Of a DNA stretch of 64,000 bases, positions 1 to 9,265 are shown in pieces (within the stretch, counting starts at the first letter, position 1; each line of letters starts with the position of its first letter). Source of the stretch: a virus; the IMG/VR virus record IMGVR_UViG_3300029319_000012, positions 32,001-96,000 of that record; one strand, 5' to 3'. The notes beneath the pieces are model-generated. The model saw only the letters and a program-made list of their open reading frames with translations, was not told the DNA's origin and did not search any database. The translations under genes and the position numbers were made by a program.

Positions 1-89
1 AATGGGATGAGAAGCTGAGAGAAGTACATGCAAAATATGGCTCTTGGGGAGAAAGAGAATATCAATCATGGGAGATGTTAGAGGTTTAA
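1..89 (+). CDS. 3' end of an upstream gene (partial), probably part of the glycan island
   Basis: Open frame from nt 3 reads WDEKLREVHAKYGSWGEREYQSWEMLEV and stops at TAA 87-89, just before the ATG at 91. Confidence 0.55.
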   Translation, partial: WDEKLREVHAKYGSWGEREYQSWEMLEV

Positions 90-90
90 T

Positions 91-1350
91 ATGAAAAAAG
101 TTTTATTAAAAGCACCATTGTTAACACAAAGTGGATATGGGCATCACGGAAGAACAGTATTGAGGGCACTACAGACTCGCCCAGATTTGTTTGATATTTA
201 CATAATCCCAATGACTTGGGGGCATACCAGCTGGCTTCCAGATGCATCAGCTGAAAGAGTATGGATTGATTCAAATATTAAAAAGACAATTGAGTATATG
301 AAAGCTGGAGGTCAGTTTGACATGTCTCTTCAAGTGTCAATCCCGCCTGAGTGGGAAAAGCTAGCGCCTATAAATATTGGCATCACGGCTGGCATTGAGA
401 CAGATAAAGTTGCTCCACAGTGGATAGAAAAAGGAAATTTAATGGACAAAATTATTACAATTTCCAAGCATTCAGTTGACAGTTATAAAGATACAGTCTA
501 TAAAGCACAAGATAATCAAACTGGTAAAGAGTTTGATTACCGCCTAGTAGCACCAATAGAATACGTTTCTTATCCCGTATTAAAAGCTGAACCAGCAAAA
601 ATTGACTTAGATTTGCAGACTGATTTCAATTTTTTAGCCGTTGCACAGATGGGACCTAGAAAAAATCTAATTGCAACAGTCAGAGCTTTTGTTGAAAAAT
701 TTAAGGACAATGAGAATGTTGGCTTAATTATAAAAACTAACATTGCTAAAAACTCAAAAATTGACAGAATCAATTCGCATGCTCAACTAAAAGCAATGGT
801 TGATCAATTTGGCGAGAAAAAATGCAAGGTTTACATTGTACATGGAAGGCTTTCAGATCAAGAGATGGCTGCGCTCTATACGCATCCTAAAATTAAAGCC
901 TTGGTTTCAACAACTCATGGCGAAGGATTTGGGTTGCCGCTCTTTGAAGCAGCTTACTATGGCTTGCCTGTTCTGGCAACTGACTGGTCAGGACATACAG
1001 ATTTTCTGTACAAAACTATTAAACAGAAAAATGGCAATACAAAAACAAAACATATGTTTGGAAGAATTACACATACTCTCAGACCAATCCAGAAAGAAGC
1101 GGTGTGGGATGGCGTACTAATGCAAGATTCTCAGTGGGCATACGCAGAAATTGGCTCTGTAAAAATGAACATGGAAGAAGTATATAAAGATCATGGCAGA
1201 TTTAAAAAGCGCGCCAAAGAACTGCAAAATTGGATTAGTAAAGAATTCAGTGAGAAAAAACAATATGCTGAATATATAGAACAGATAAACTCGGTCGGCT
1301 CTGAACTAGATGAAGAGATTGACGACTTGTTTGCACAAATGGCAGTATAA
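91..1350 (+). CDS. Glycosyltransferase family 4 (GT-B fold)
   Basis: N-terminal SGYG loop, RKN motif, GT4 signature GEGFGLPLFEAAYYGLPVLATDWSGH. Confidence 0.9.
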   Translation: MKKVLLKAPLLTQSGYGHHGRTVLRALQTRPDLFDIYIIPMTWGHTSWLPDASAERVWIDSNIKKTIEYMKAGGQFDMSLQVSIPPEWEKLAPINIGITAGIETDKVAPQWIEKGNLMDKIITISKHSVDSYKDTVYKAQDNQTGKEFDYRLVAPIEYVSYPVLKAEPAKIDLDLQTDFNFLAVAQMGPRKNLIATVRAFVEKFKDNENVGLIIKTNIAKNSKIDRINSHAQLKAMVDQFGEKKCKVYIVHGRLSDQEMAALYTHPKIKALVSTTHGEGFGLPLFEAAYYGLPVLATDWSGHTDFLYKTIKQKNGNTKTKHMFGRITHTLRPIQKEAVWDGVLMQDSQWAYAEIGSVKMNMEEVYKDHGRFKKRAKELQNWISKEFSEKKQYAEYIEQINSVGSELDEEIDDLFAQMAV

Positions 1351-1351
1351 A

Positions 1352-2995
1352 ATGATAATATTTGTTTGCGACGCTTTTGTAGAACAATACACAGGCGGTG
1401 CGGAACTAACAACACAAGCTATTATTGATGCATCCTCATATCCTGTAATGAGGGTGCTTTCTAATAAAGTAACGCCTGAATTAATGAGCCAACACAGTGA
1501 CTCATATTGGGTTTTTGGTAATTTTTCTAACTTAGCTCCTCAATGCATTGTTTATGCAATTAAAAATTTAGACTATTCAATTATTGAATATGATTATAAG
1601 TTTTGTAAATATAGATCAATTAAGAAGCATAAAAAGATAGAAAACGTTTGTAATTGTCATAATGAAAGAATAGGCAAGATGGTGTCTACTTTTCTGGCTA
1701 AGTCAAAGTTGAATTTTTGGATGTCACAAAAACAGCTTGATACGTACAAAGAAATATTTCCATTTTTAAAAGGAAACAATGTTGTATTGAGTTCAGTTTT
1801 TTCTGAGTCTACACTGGAGCATCTTGTACACTTAAATTTGAGCATAAAAAAGAAAAAAATTAAAAAAGAGAAGTGGCTAATTCTTGATTCACCTTCTTGG
1901 ATTAAAGGTAGGGATGTAGCCGTACATTATGCAAAACATAATAATCTTGACTATGAGTTGGTTTGGGGCTTAAGTTATCCACAAATGCTTTTAAAACTAG
2001 CGGAGGCAAAAGGTATAATCTTTTTACCTTTGGCGGCTGATACTTGTCCGCGTTTTGTAATTGAAGCTAAAATGTTAGGATGTGATCTTATTCTCAATGA
2101 GGATGTTCAGCATAAAAACGAGCCATGGTTTGATAATCCTCGATCTACCTACGAGTACTTATCAACCAGGGCAGACTTCTTCTGGGATAAGATAGAAAAG
2201 ATAGCTTCAAAAAATCTTGGCTTTTCTGTGCCAGAAAAAAATACCGACAGCCACATTAAGTTAATCGTGCCATTTTATAATGCTGGAGCATGGCTTAAAA
2301 ACTGCATTGATAGTTTAAAAAAGCAAGCCAATACAAACTTTGAATGCATAATGATTGACGATATGTCGACAGATAATTCAGTGAAAATAGCTAAAAAACA
2401 CATTGATTCTGATAGTAGATTTAAGCTAATAGTAAATAAAGAAAAGCGTTATGCGCTTGGTAATATATGTCATGCTATTGAAAATGCTGAGTGTAATGAT
2501 GATGATATAATTGTCTTGCTGGATGGTGACGACTGGCTAGCTTCATCTCAGTCATTAAGTATATTGTCTTCTGAATATTCAAAAGAGAAATGTTTGATGA
2601 CTTATGGCAGTTATATTTATAGTCCATCTTCCATGAAAGGTGTTGAGCCATCAGCGTATTCTGATGATGTTATACAGAATAATTTGTTTAGAGAGGATCA
2701 TTGGCGAGCGTCGCACTTAAGAAGCTTTAAATATAAGCTCTGGAAGCATTTAAATCACAACGATTTAAAAGATGAGCAAGGTGAATATTACAAAATGACT
2801 TATGACCAAGCGATTATGTTGCCGCTTTTAGAGATGGCTGGAGATCGATCTCATTACATTGATCAAATATTATACGTGTACAACAAAGAAAACCCCTTAA
2901 GCATCGACAAGAACAAGGCACAAGAGCAATATAATCTAGCTTTAAAAATAAGAAATAAGAAGAAATATGATAAACTAGATGAAAGTATACTTTGA
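1352..2995 (+). CDS. Fused glycosyltransferase: GT4-like N-terminal domain plus GT2 C-terminal domain
   Basis: Start moved to ATG 1352 directly after the upstream stop. N-half has GGAE and DTCPRFVIEAKMLGC (GT-B-like); C-half has LIVPFYN, DDMSTD and LLDGDD (GT2, DxD). Confidence 0.85.
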   Translation: MIIFVCDAFVEQYTGGAELTTQAIIDASSYPVMRVLSNKVTPELMSQHSDSYWVFGNFSNLAPQCIVYAIKNLDYSIIEYDYKFCKYRSIKKHKKIENVCNCHNERIGKMVSTFLAKSKLNFWMSQKQLDTYKEIFPFLKGNNVVLSSVFSESTLEHLVHLNLSIKKKKIKKEKWLILDSPSWIKGRDVAVHYAKHNNLDYELVWGLSYPQMLLKLAEAKGIIFLPLAADTCPRFVIEAKMLGCDLILNEDVQHKNEPWFDNPRSTYEYLSTRADFFWDKIEKIASKNLGFSVPEKNTDSHIKLIVPFYNAGAWLKNCIDSLKKQANTNFECIMIDDMSTDNSVKIAKKHIDSDSRFKLIVNKEKRYALGNICHAIENAECNDDDIIVLLDGDDWLASSQSLSILSSEYSKEKCLMTYGSYIYSPSSMKGVEPSAYSDDVIQNNLFREDHWRASHLRSFKYKLWKHLNHNDLKDEQGEYYKMTYDQAIMLPLLEMAGDRSHYIDQILYVYNKENPLSIDKNKAQEQYNLALKIRNKKKYDKLDESIL

Positions 2996-3878
2996 AAATG
3001 TTAATTTTAGAAGCTTATCTGGACCAAATTCATTTGCTAATAAGTTAGCAAAATACCTTTTGCAATCTGGTGTTGAAATCGTTGATTCTGTTGCAGAGTC
3101 AGATAAGAGGCTTTGTTTTATAGAGACTCGCGACTATGGCTGCAAAAAGCCAATCATACAAAGATTAGATGGGATATATTTTAATCTATTGCAAGATTAT
3201 AAAGCGCAAAATTCTAATATTCAACAAACGTTTAAACACTCAAGTGCAGTGGTTTATCAAACAAGCTTCAATCAAAAATTAATAAATAAGTTTTTTGGTG
3301 TGCACGAAAAATCAGTTGTAATACCAAATGGAGCTGACTTAAAAAAAATTGAAGCAATTCCTGCTTTAGTGCATACTAAGCTTGACAAGTTTAAAAGCAT
3401 TTGGAGCTGTGCGTCTCATTGGCGTCCACATAAAAGATTAGATGATAATATCAGGTATTTTTTAGAACACTCTAGCTTAGACGAGTGCCTGGTCGTTGCA
3501 GGCGATACAAACAAAAATTATGTTAAGAATGATAGAATTTTTTATATTGGCTCAGTTTCACACGAAAAATTGATATCTCTTTATAAAGCGTCCAAATATT
3601 TTATTCACTTATCTTGGCTAGATCATTGCCCAAATGTTGTTGTTGACGCTCGTGCATCAGGTTGTCAAGTGATTTGCTCTTCAGCAGGTGGCACTGTTGA
3701 GATTGCTGGAGAAAATGCAGTTGTTATTGAAGAGGATGAGTGGGATTTTAAACCAGTGAGGCTTTATGACCCACCTCCATTAAATTTTGATAAAAAAGTA
3801 AAAAACACCCATAATTCAGATTATAATATGGAAACTGTAGCCGCAGCCTACAAAAATTTTATGGAGTCCGTTATATGA
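2979..3878 (+). CDS. Glycosyltransferase family 4
   Basis: SGPNSF, VIPNG, HKRL and DHCPNVVVDARASGCQVICSSAGG motifs. Confidence 0.85.
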   Translation: MKVYFENVNFRSLSGPNSFANKLAKYLLQSGVEIVDSVAESDKRLCFIETRDYGCKKPIIQRLDGIYFNLLQDYKAQNSNIQQTFKHSSAVVYQTSFNQKLINKFFGVHEKSVVIPNGADLKKIEAIPALVHTKLDKFKSIWSCASHWRPHKRLDDNIRYFLEHSSLDECLVVAGDTNKNYVKNDRIFYIGSVSHEKLISLYKASKYFIHLSWLDHCPNVVVDARASGCQVICSSAGGTVEIAGENAVVIEEDEWDFKPVRLYDPPPLNFDKKVKNTHNSDYNMETVAAAYKNFMESVI

Positions 3879-4966
3879 AAGTAGATTTGTTAGACTTAAC
3901 CAGACAATATCAAAAAATCAAACATGAAGTCGACCCGGTGGTAGATTTCATTATCACATCGCAAAGGTTTATTAATGGTCCAGTTGTTGAAACATTCCAA
4001 GAAAATTTTGCAAAATATTGCGATACAAAATATGCTGTTGGCTGCAGCTCTGGCACTGATGCCTTACTTATGTCCTTAACAGCTTTGGATATTGGTCGTG
4101 GAGATGAAGTTATAACAACTCCATTTACTTTTTTTTCAACGGTTGAAGTCATTGTAAGACGAGGTGCGAAGCCAGTATTTGTCGATATTCAAGAAGATAC
4201 TTTTAATATTGATGTCGAACAGTTAGAAAAAGCAATAACTAAAAAAACAAAGGCAATTATTCCAGTGCACATCTTTGGTCAATGTGCCGACATGGATCGA
4301 ATAATGTCAATTGCCGAAAAACATAACTTGCACGTTATAGAAGATGCCGCGCAGGCAATTAGTGCTTTGTGGCAAGGCAAAAAAGCTGGCTCAATTGGCA
4401 CAACCGGTTGCTTTAGTTTTTTCCCCTCAAAAAACCTTGGAGGTTTTGGCGATGGCGGAATGGTTACAACAAACGATGAAACTTTATATAATAAGATGCT
4501 TCAAATTAGACAGCATGGAATTAGCCTAACAGAGAGATATAAATATGATTACCTTGGAGGTAATTTTAGATTAGATGCTCTACAAGCAGGAGTTCTAGAT
4601 GTTAAGTTAAGACATATTGATGAATGGTCAAATGCAAGAAGACAAAATGCAGAGTATTATTATAATCATTTAAAAAGCTATAATTTGCCTTTTGTTGACG
4701 ATCGCGGACATCATATATACAATCAATTTGTAATTAAAACTGACAATCGCAATGACGTTATTGAAAAACTTAAGGAAGCACAAATCGGCTATGGAATTTA
4801 TTATCCTAATGCGATACATTTACAAAAGCCGATGAAGTATTTAAAATATAAAAAAGGCTCACTGCCAGTTTGTGAGAAAGTTTGCGAGCAGGTTTTAGCG
4901 CTTCCTATATATCCTGATCTTCTTCAGGAAGAGCTAGAGTACGTCGCTTATGTAATGGAGAAGTAG
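3875..4966 (+). CDS. DegT/DnrJ/EryC1/StrS PLP-dependent nucleotide-sugar aminotransferase (WbpE/GnnB-like)
   Basis: SSGTDAL, IEDAAQA, and the PLP-lysine motif SFFPSKNLGGFGDGGM. Confidence 0.93.
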   Translation: MKVDLLDLTRQYQKIKHEVDPVVDFIITSQRFINGPVVETFQENFAKYCDTKYAVGCSSGTDALLMSLTALDIGRGDEVITTPFTFFSTVEVIVRRGAKPVFVDIQEDTFNIDVEQLEKAITKKTKAIIPVHIFGQCADMDRIMSIAEKHNLHVIEDAAQAISALWQGKKAGSIGTTGCFSFFPSKNLGGFGDGGMVTTNDETLYNKMLQIRQHGISLTERYKYDYLGGNFRLDALQAGVLDVKLRHIDEWSNARRQNAEYYYNHLKSYNLPFVDDRGHHIYNQFVIKTDNRNDVIEKLKEAQIGYGIYYPNAIHLQKPMKYLKYKKGSLPVCEKVCEQVLALPIYPDLLQEELEYVAYVMEK

Positions 4967-5836
4967 ATGAATGTAATGGTTGTCGGTTGCGGCGCAATGG
5001 GTAAAAAACATGTCAGTGTTTTAAAACAAATCTCTGACACTAAAGTTTTCATGGTTGATCCAGCGTCAAGTGACCTGGAGGTTTTTTCTAGCATTGATGC
5101 TGTTTTATCAAAAAATAAAATTGATTTTGCTGTTATCGCTACGCCAACTAAAACACATTACGATATAGCTTGTCAATTATTACAGAGCAAGATAAGTGTT
5201 TTAATTGAAAAGCCTGTGTTTCATGATTTAGTTGACAAAGAGCAGCTACTTAATTTAGCATCTAAAAATAATTGTAAGCTGGCAGTAGGGCACATTGAAA
5301 GGTTTAATCCGGCAGTGGTTGCACTAAAAAATGAGCTGGCAAATCAAAAAGTATTACATGCAAAATTTGAACGTCTTAGCCCATTTCCTAATCGTGTTAT
5401 GGACGTGGGAGTCAAGCTAGACTTAGCTATTCATGATGTTGACTTGATTAATTTTATTTTACCAAGCAAGATAAAATCTTGTACTAGCGGTAAAACAAGA
5501 GCATTCGCTGATAATGAAGATACAGCAGCTTTCCTTTTTAATCTTGAAGATGGCTCAACCGCTAGTGTATTGACCAGCTGGTTATCACCGTTTAGAAGAA
5601 GAGGTATAGAGGTTTTAACCGACAAAAATTTTTATGAAGTTGATTTAATCAATCAAACAGCAATAAGAAGAACTGCGCACACATGCAATTCTCATACCTC
5701 ACATAATGTTTTTATAAACAAGCATAATGCTCTGAAGGTTCAGCTGGAGTCTTTTATGAGTTACGTTAAAAACAATGAAATTGGAAATCTAGCAACGATA
5801 GAGGATGGTTATGAAGCTTTAGGGTACGTACTATGA
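4967..5836 (+). CDS. Gfo/Idh/MocA NAD-dependent oxidoreductase (WbpB/GnnA-like sugar 3-dehydrogenase)
   Basis: GCGAMG Rossmann motif, IEKP, GHIERFNPAV, DLAIHD. Confidence 0.88.
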   Translation: MNVMVVGCGAMGKKHVSVLKQISDTKVFMVDPASSDLEVFSSIDAVLSKNKIDFAVIATPTKTHYDIACQLLQSKISVLIEKPVFHDLVDKEQLLNLASKNNCKLAVGHIERFNPAVVALKNELANQKVLHAKFERLSPFPNRVMDVGVKLDLAIHDVDLINFILPSKIKSCTSGKTRAFADNEDTAAFLFNLEDGSTASVLTSWLSPFRRRGIEVLTDKNFYEVDLINQTAIRRTAHTCNSHTSHNVFINKHNALKVQLESFMSYVKNNEIGNLATIEDGYEALGYVL

Positions 5837-6723
5837 AAGGCTGTATAAATATTATTTCGTCTAGAAAGCTTTGCATAGAGCACTGTCTAAGATCTTTGTG
5901 GGAGGGCTACAACCACAAACATGAATACCCAACTTATGTTTATTACTTTGATGATATATACGATGATTTAAGCTTTCAAAAACAAATAAAAGAAAGCATC
6001 AGCCAGAACATTCATTTTGTCTCAGTGCCTTATAGAACACCGGACTTTATTGATGAATCGGACATGTTTTACAATAGGCAGGATATATCATATGTGCGCA
6101 ATTCTTTTTCAATAAACAGAAAAGGATACTTACACATGTGTAATTTTACAAGCAACATGTATGGATATGAAAATACTGAGTTGGAAAAATATGATTTTAT
6201 CATGACACATGATGATGAATCAGGTTATGATAAATTAATGCCTTATGATCCTTTTGATGTTTTGGAGCAAGAAGGATACCAAATTGGTGCTTTTTTTGTT
6301 GGTCAAAGATTAAAAAATGGTCAGCCGCACCAAGGGCATTTAGATACAAGGGTTGGCTTGTGGGATTTTACAAAAAGATTTTTGATTGATAATGATATTG
6401 ACCCTAAATCAAAGTCTTTAGCTGATCTTCTAGTTGACTCGCAGGCACACAATAATTTTCATTTTCTAGAGTGGTGTGATACATATGTGATTAAAAACAC
6501 TGCTTTTCAAACAGATTTGTGGAAAAAATGGATTAGTGCTGTTAATAAGAGCGGCGGCATATATAAGTATCGATGGGGTGACAACGAGATCATCAGCTTG
6601 TTTGCTCACATGCTGCAAGATAAAATTTATAATTTTGGTGCAGTTCGTGATGGGATTCATAATCAAGGCAAGTTTAGGTATTTGCAAGATTATGCTCCGG
6701 GAGTTAGAGATCTCAGCAGGTAA
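5833..6723 (+). CDS. GT15-like (Kre2/Mnt1 glycolipid 2-alpha-mannosyltransferase family) glycosyltransferase
   Basis: GYLHMCNF resembles Kre2 YRHMCR; YDFIMTHDDES resembles the YxxRxExD region; GGIYKYRWGD resembles GGFFYERWGD. Confidence 0.75.
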   Translation: MKGCINIISSRKLCIEHCLRSLWEGYNHKHEYPTYVYYFDDIYDDLSFQKQIKESISQNIHFVSVPYRTPDFIDESDMFYNRQDISYVRNSFSINRKGYLHMCNFTSNMYGYENTELEKYDFIMTHDDESGYDKLMPYDPFDVLEQEGYQIGAFFVGQRLKNGQPHQGHLDTRVGLWDFTKRFLIDNDIDPKSKSLADLLVDSQAHNNFHFLEWCDTYVIKNTAFQTDLWKKWISAVNKSGGIYKYRWGDNEIISLFAHMLQDKIYNFGAVRDGIHNQGKFRYLQDYAPGVRDLSR

Positions 6724-6725
6724 TT

Positions 6726-7673
6726 ATGAAAATACTATACATAGACCCAGTTGTCAAGACAGCTACATCAGCAAACTATCATTATTATGATGGTGTTTAT
6801 GACGAACTAATAAAAGAACATCAAGTTGCGTTACTGGCTCATGTTCCAGCCAACGTTAAAGATATATGTAGACACAATAACTTTGAGCCAGATTTTGTTG
6901 TTTTTGGATTAGGGTGGTTTAATCATAAATATTTTAACAAAATTCAAGGTCTAGATTATCCATCGGCATGTGTATTATTCAAGCCGCAAAATGAATTAAA
7001 AGAAAAGCTTGATTTTTGCAAAATAAACAGTATTGATGTTTTATTAACACCAAATCCTGATTTTGCAGGATACGAAAATATAACTGGTGTTAAATCTATG
7101 CTCTTTCCATATGGATTTGATGCTGATACGTTTTACGATAGAGGTCTAAAAAAAGAATATGATGTTGGTTTTTCTGGTGCGTTGCACGAAAATAAACATT
7201 ATCCACCGGGTGCTTTTCCTGTTGAGAATATTAGAACGAAAATAGGTGGTCTTCTTAATGACAATCACGATATCAACGTTTTCTGGAGTTCAAGTGATTC
7301 TCAGCCGGCTAGAATACCTAGCTATGAAGAATATTCAAAAAAAATTAACAGCTCTAAAATATGGATAGCCACCCAAGCAGCGTTTGGTGATATAACACCA
7401 AGATACTATGAGGTTGCTGCATCCGGTGCTTTGCTGTTTTGTCAAAAAATACCACAGCAATATGAACATATTTTTAAAAACGGTTATAATTGTATTGAGT
7501 TTAATCATGATTTAAGTGATTTTAACAAAAAATTAACTTATTATCTTAACAATGATAGTGAAAGACGCTCAATTGTTAATAATGCTCTAGAGTTTTTTCA
7601 TGACAAATATCAGTGGAAAAACAGAGCAAGTGAGCTAATCACAGTAATGCAAGAAGTGATCGATGGACAATAA
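6726..7673 (+). CDS. CgeB/YkvP-like (Glyco_trans_1_2) glycosyltransferase
   Basis: YDVGFSG, YSKKINSSKI, RYYEVAASGALL, YYLNNDSERRSI motifs. Confidence 0.8.
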   Translation: MKILYIDPVVKTATSANYHYYDGVYDELIKEHQVALLAHVPANVKDICRHNNFEPDFVVFGLGWFNHKYFNKIQGLDYPSACVLFKPQNELKEKLDFCKINSIDVLLTPNPDFAGYENITGVKSMLFPYGFDADTFYDRGLKKEYDVGFSGALHENKHYPPGAFPVENIRTKIGGLLNDNHDINVFWSSSDSQPARIPSYEEYSKKINSSKIWIATQAAFGDITPRYYEVAASGALLFCQKIPQQYEHIFKNGYNCIEFNHDLSDFNKKLTYYLNNDSERRSIVNNALEFFHDKYQWKNRASELITVMQEVIDGQ

Positions 7674-8517
7674 ACAAATATTCAAACAAAATTTAAAAAT
7701 GATTGAAATAGAAATTTATTCCTATTGCAACCGAGTTTGTTGGTTCTGCCCAAATTCTTTTATTGATAGAAGAAGTGAAAATAAATTTATGTCGGAAAGC
7801 GATTATTTAGATTTGCTGAATCAACTAGCTGAAATTGATTATTCAGGTGAAGTAGCGTATAGTCGATATAATGAGCCCTTGGCTAACAGGCAGGTGTTTG
7901 TTGAAAGAGTCAAGCAAGCTAGGCAGATATTACCAAATGCTATATTAAAGACAAATACAAATGGCGATTATGTTACAAGAGATTACATTGAAGAGTTAGC
8001 TGAAGTTGGATTTAATCAGCTTTGGATTCAGCAGTATTTAGCGAATGAAGAGAGATACGATCATAAAAAGATGTATGATAGAATTCATAAAAAAATAAAA
8101 AAGCTAGGCTTGCCGGCAACTGAGCTAACAAATATACAAGGCTGCAAACTAGAATATGACTTGTCGTATAAAGAAATGACAATACACATTAGGGCGAGAA
8201 ATTTTGAGCTAGATGGATCGAGTCGAGGAGACACAGTTCCAATTGCTGATGATTATCAGAGAACACAAAGATGCATGCAAGTTTCTGATAATATGTATAT
8301 AGATTATAATGGAAGCGTAATGGTTTGCTGTGCTTTACGCTCAGACGTGCCGGGACAAGAAAGCGGTATAATGGGGCATATTAGCGACGGAAAGCTGTGG
8401 GATATTCATGTTAATGATAGCTATTCTTCATGGAGAGAACATCATAAAGAGGATGGACCTAAAGAGGGTTTTTGTAGAACGTGTCGAGATAGCGTGAAGC
8501 CGACTTATGAGCAATAA
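7663..8517 (+). CDS. Radical SAM protein with SPASM/twitch domain
   Basis: CxxxCxxC (CNRVCWFC), YNEPL, TNTNG; C-terminal C..IDYNGSVMVCC..CRTC. Confidence 0.88.
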   Translation: MDNKQIFKQNLKMIEIEIYSYCNRVCWFCPNSFIDRRSENKFMSESDYLDLLNQLAEIDYSGEVAYSRYNEPLANRQVFVERVKQARQILPNAILKTNTNGDYVTRDYIEELAEVGFNQLWIQQYLANEERYDHKKMYDRIHKKIKKLGLPATELTNIQGCKLEYDLSYKEMTIHIRARNFELDGSSRGDTVPIADDYQRTQRCMQVSDNMYIDYNGSVMVCCALRSDVPGQESGIMGHISDGKLWDIHVNDSYSSWREHHKEDGPKEGFCRTCRDSVKPTYEQ

Positions 8518-8611
8518 TAGAAAGTTGCAGGAAATGTTGCCAATTGAAGAATACGATTTAATGGACAAATAAATTTAGTTGTTATACGAAGGTCATAGAA
8601 CAGGAAAATAA

Positions 8612-9265
8612 ATGAAAATGCAAAAACATCAAACATATTGGCAAGAAAGCTTGGCTGAGCAAGATCTTAAAAAGTGGCTTGGAAATAGTAAAACTTTGCA
8701 CAATGCTTATGTATTTGACCGCATACGCCGATATAAATCTGTTATAGATTGCGGCGCAGGAGTTTTCAGTCAGCATCAATTAATAACTGAATTCAATTTA
8801 GACATAAGATATGTTGGGACTGAAATAACAAAAAGGTTTGTTGATATCGGAATTGAAAAGGGAATAGAGGTATATCACTGTTCAGTTGAAAAAATGAACG
8901 TCCCTGATCAGTACTGTGAAGTTGCTATATGTTTATCAGTTCTTAATCACCAATTAGACTTTAAAAATTCAATCATGGAATTGCTAAGAGTTGCAGAAAA
9001 AGAAGTCATAATTAGTTTTTTTAAGCCCTTTGTAGAAGCGCCCGACACTTGCGGAGAAATACTAAAAAATAAAAATAAATATCCAATTATAAACATGGAT
9101 AAAAATATAGGTGTATCAATTCAAAGACATAAAAAATTTATTTATACTTTTTTTTCAAAAAGGGCAATTGAAAAATTTTTAGATAATTTGCCGGTAAAAT
9201 ATTTTTTTGAAGTTTTGGAAGATCACACAATAATGCTTCACATAATAAAACAGGAAGATAAATGA
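8612..9265 (+). CDS. Class I SAM-dependent methyltransferase
   Basis: Motif I SVIDCGAG, YVGTEIT, post-II VLNH and LLRVA. Confidence 0.75.
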   Translation: MKMQKHQTYWQESLAEQDLKKWLGNSKTLHNAYVFDRIRRYKSVIDCGAGVFSQHQLITEFNLDIRYVGTEITKRFVDIGIEKGIEVYHCSVEKMNVPDQYCEVAICLSVLNHQLDFKNSIMELLRVAEKEVIISFFKPFVEAPDTCGEILKNKNKYPIINMDKNIGVSIQRHKKFIYTFFSKRAIEKFLDNLPVKYFFEVLEDHTIMLHIIKQEDK

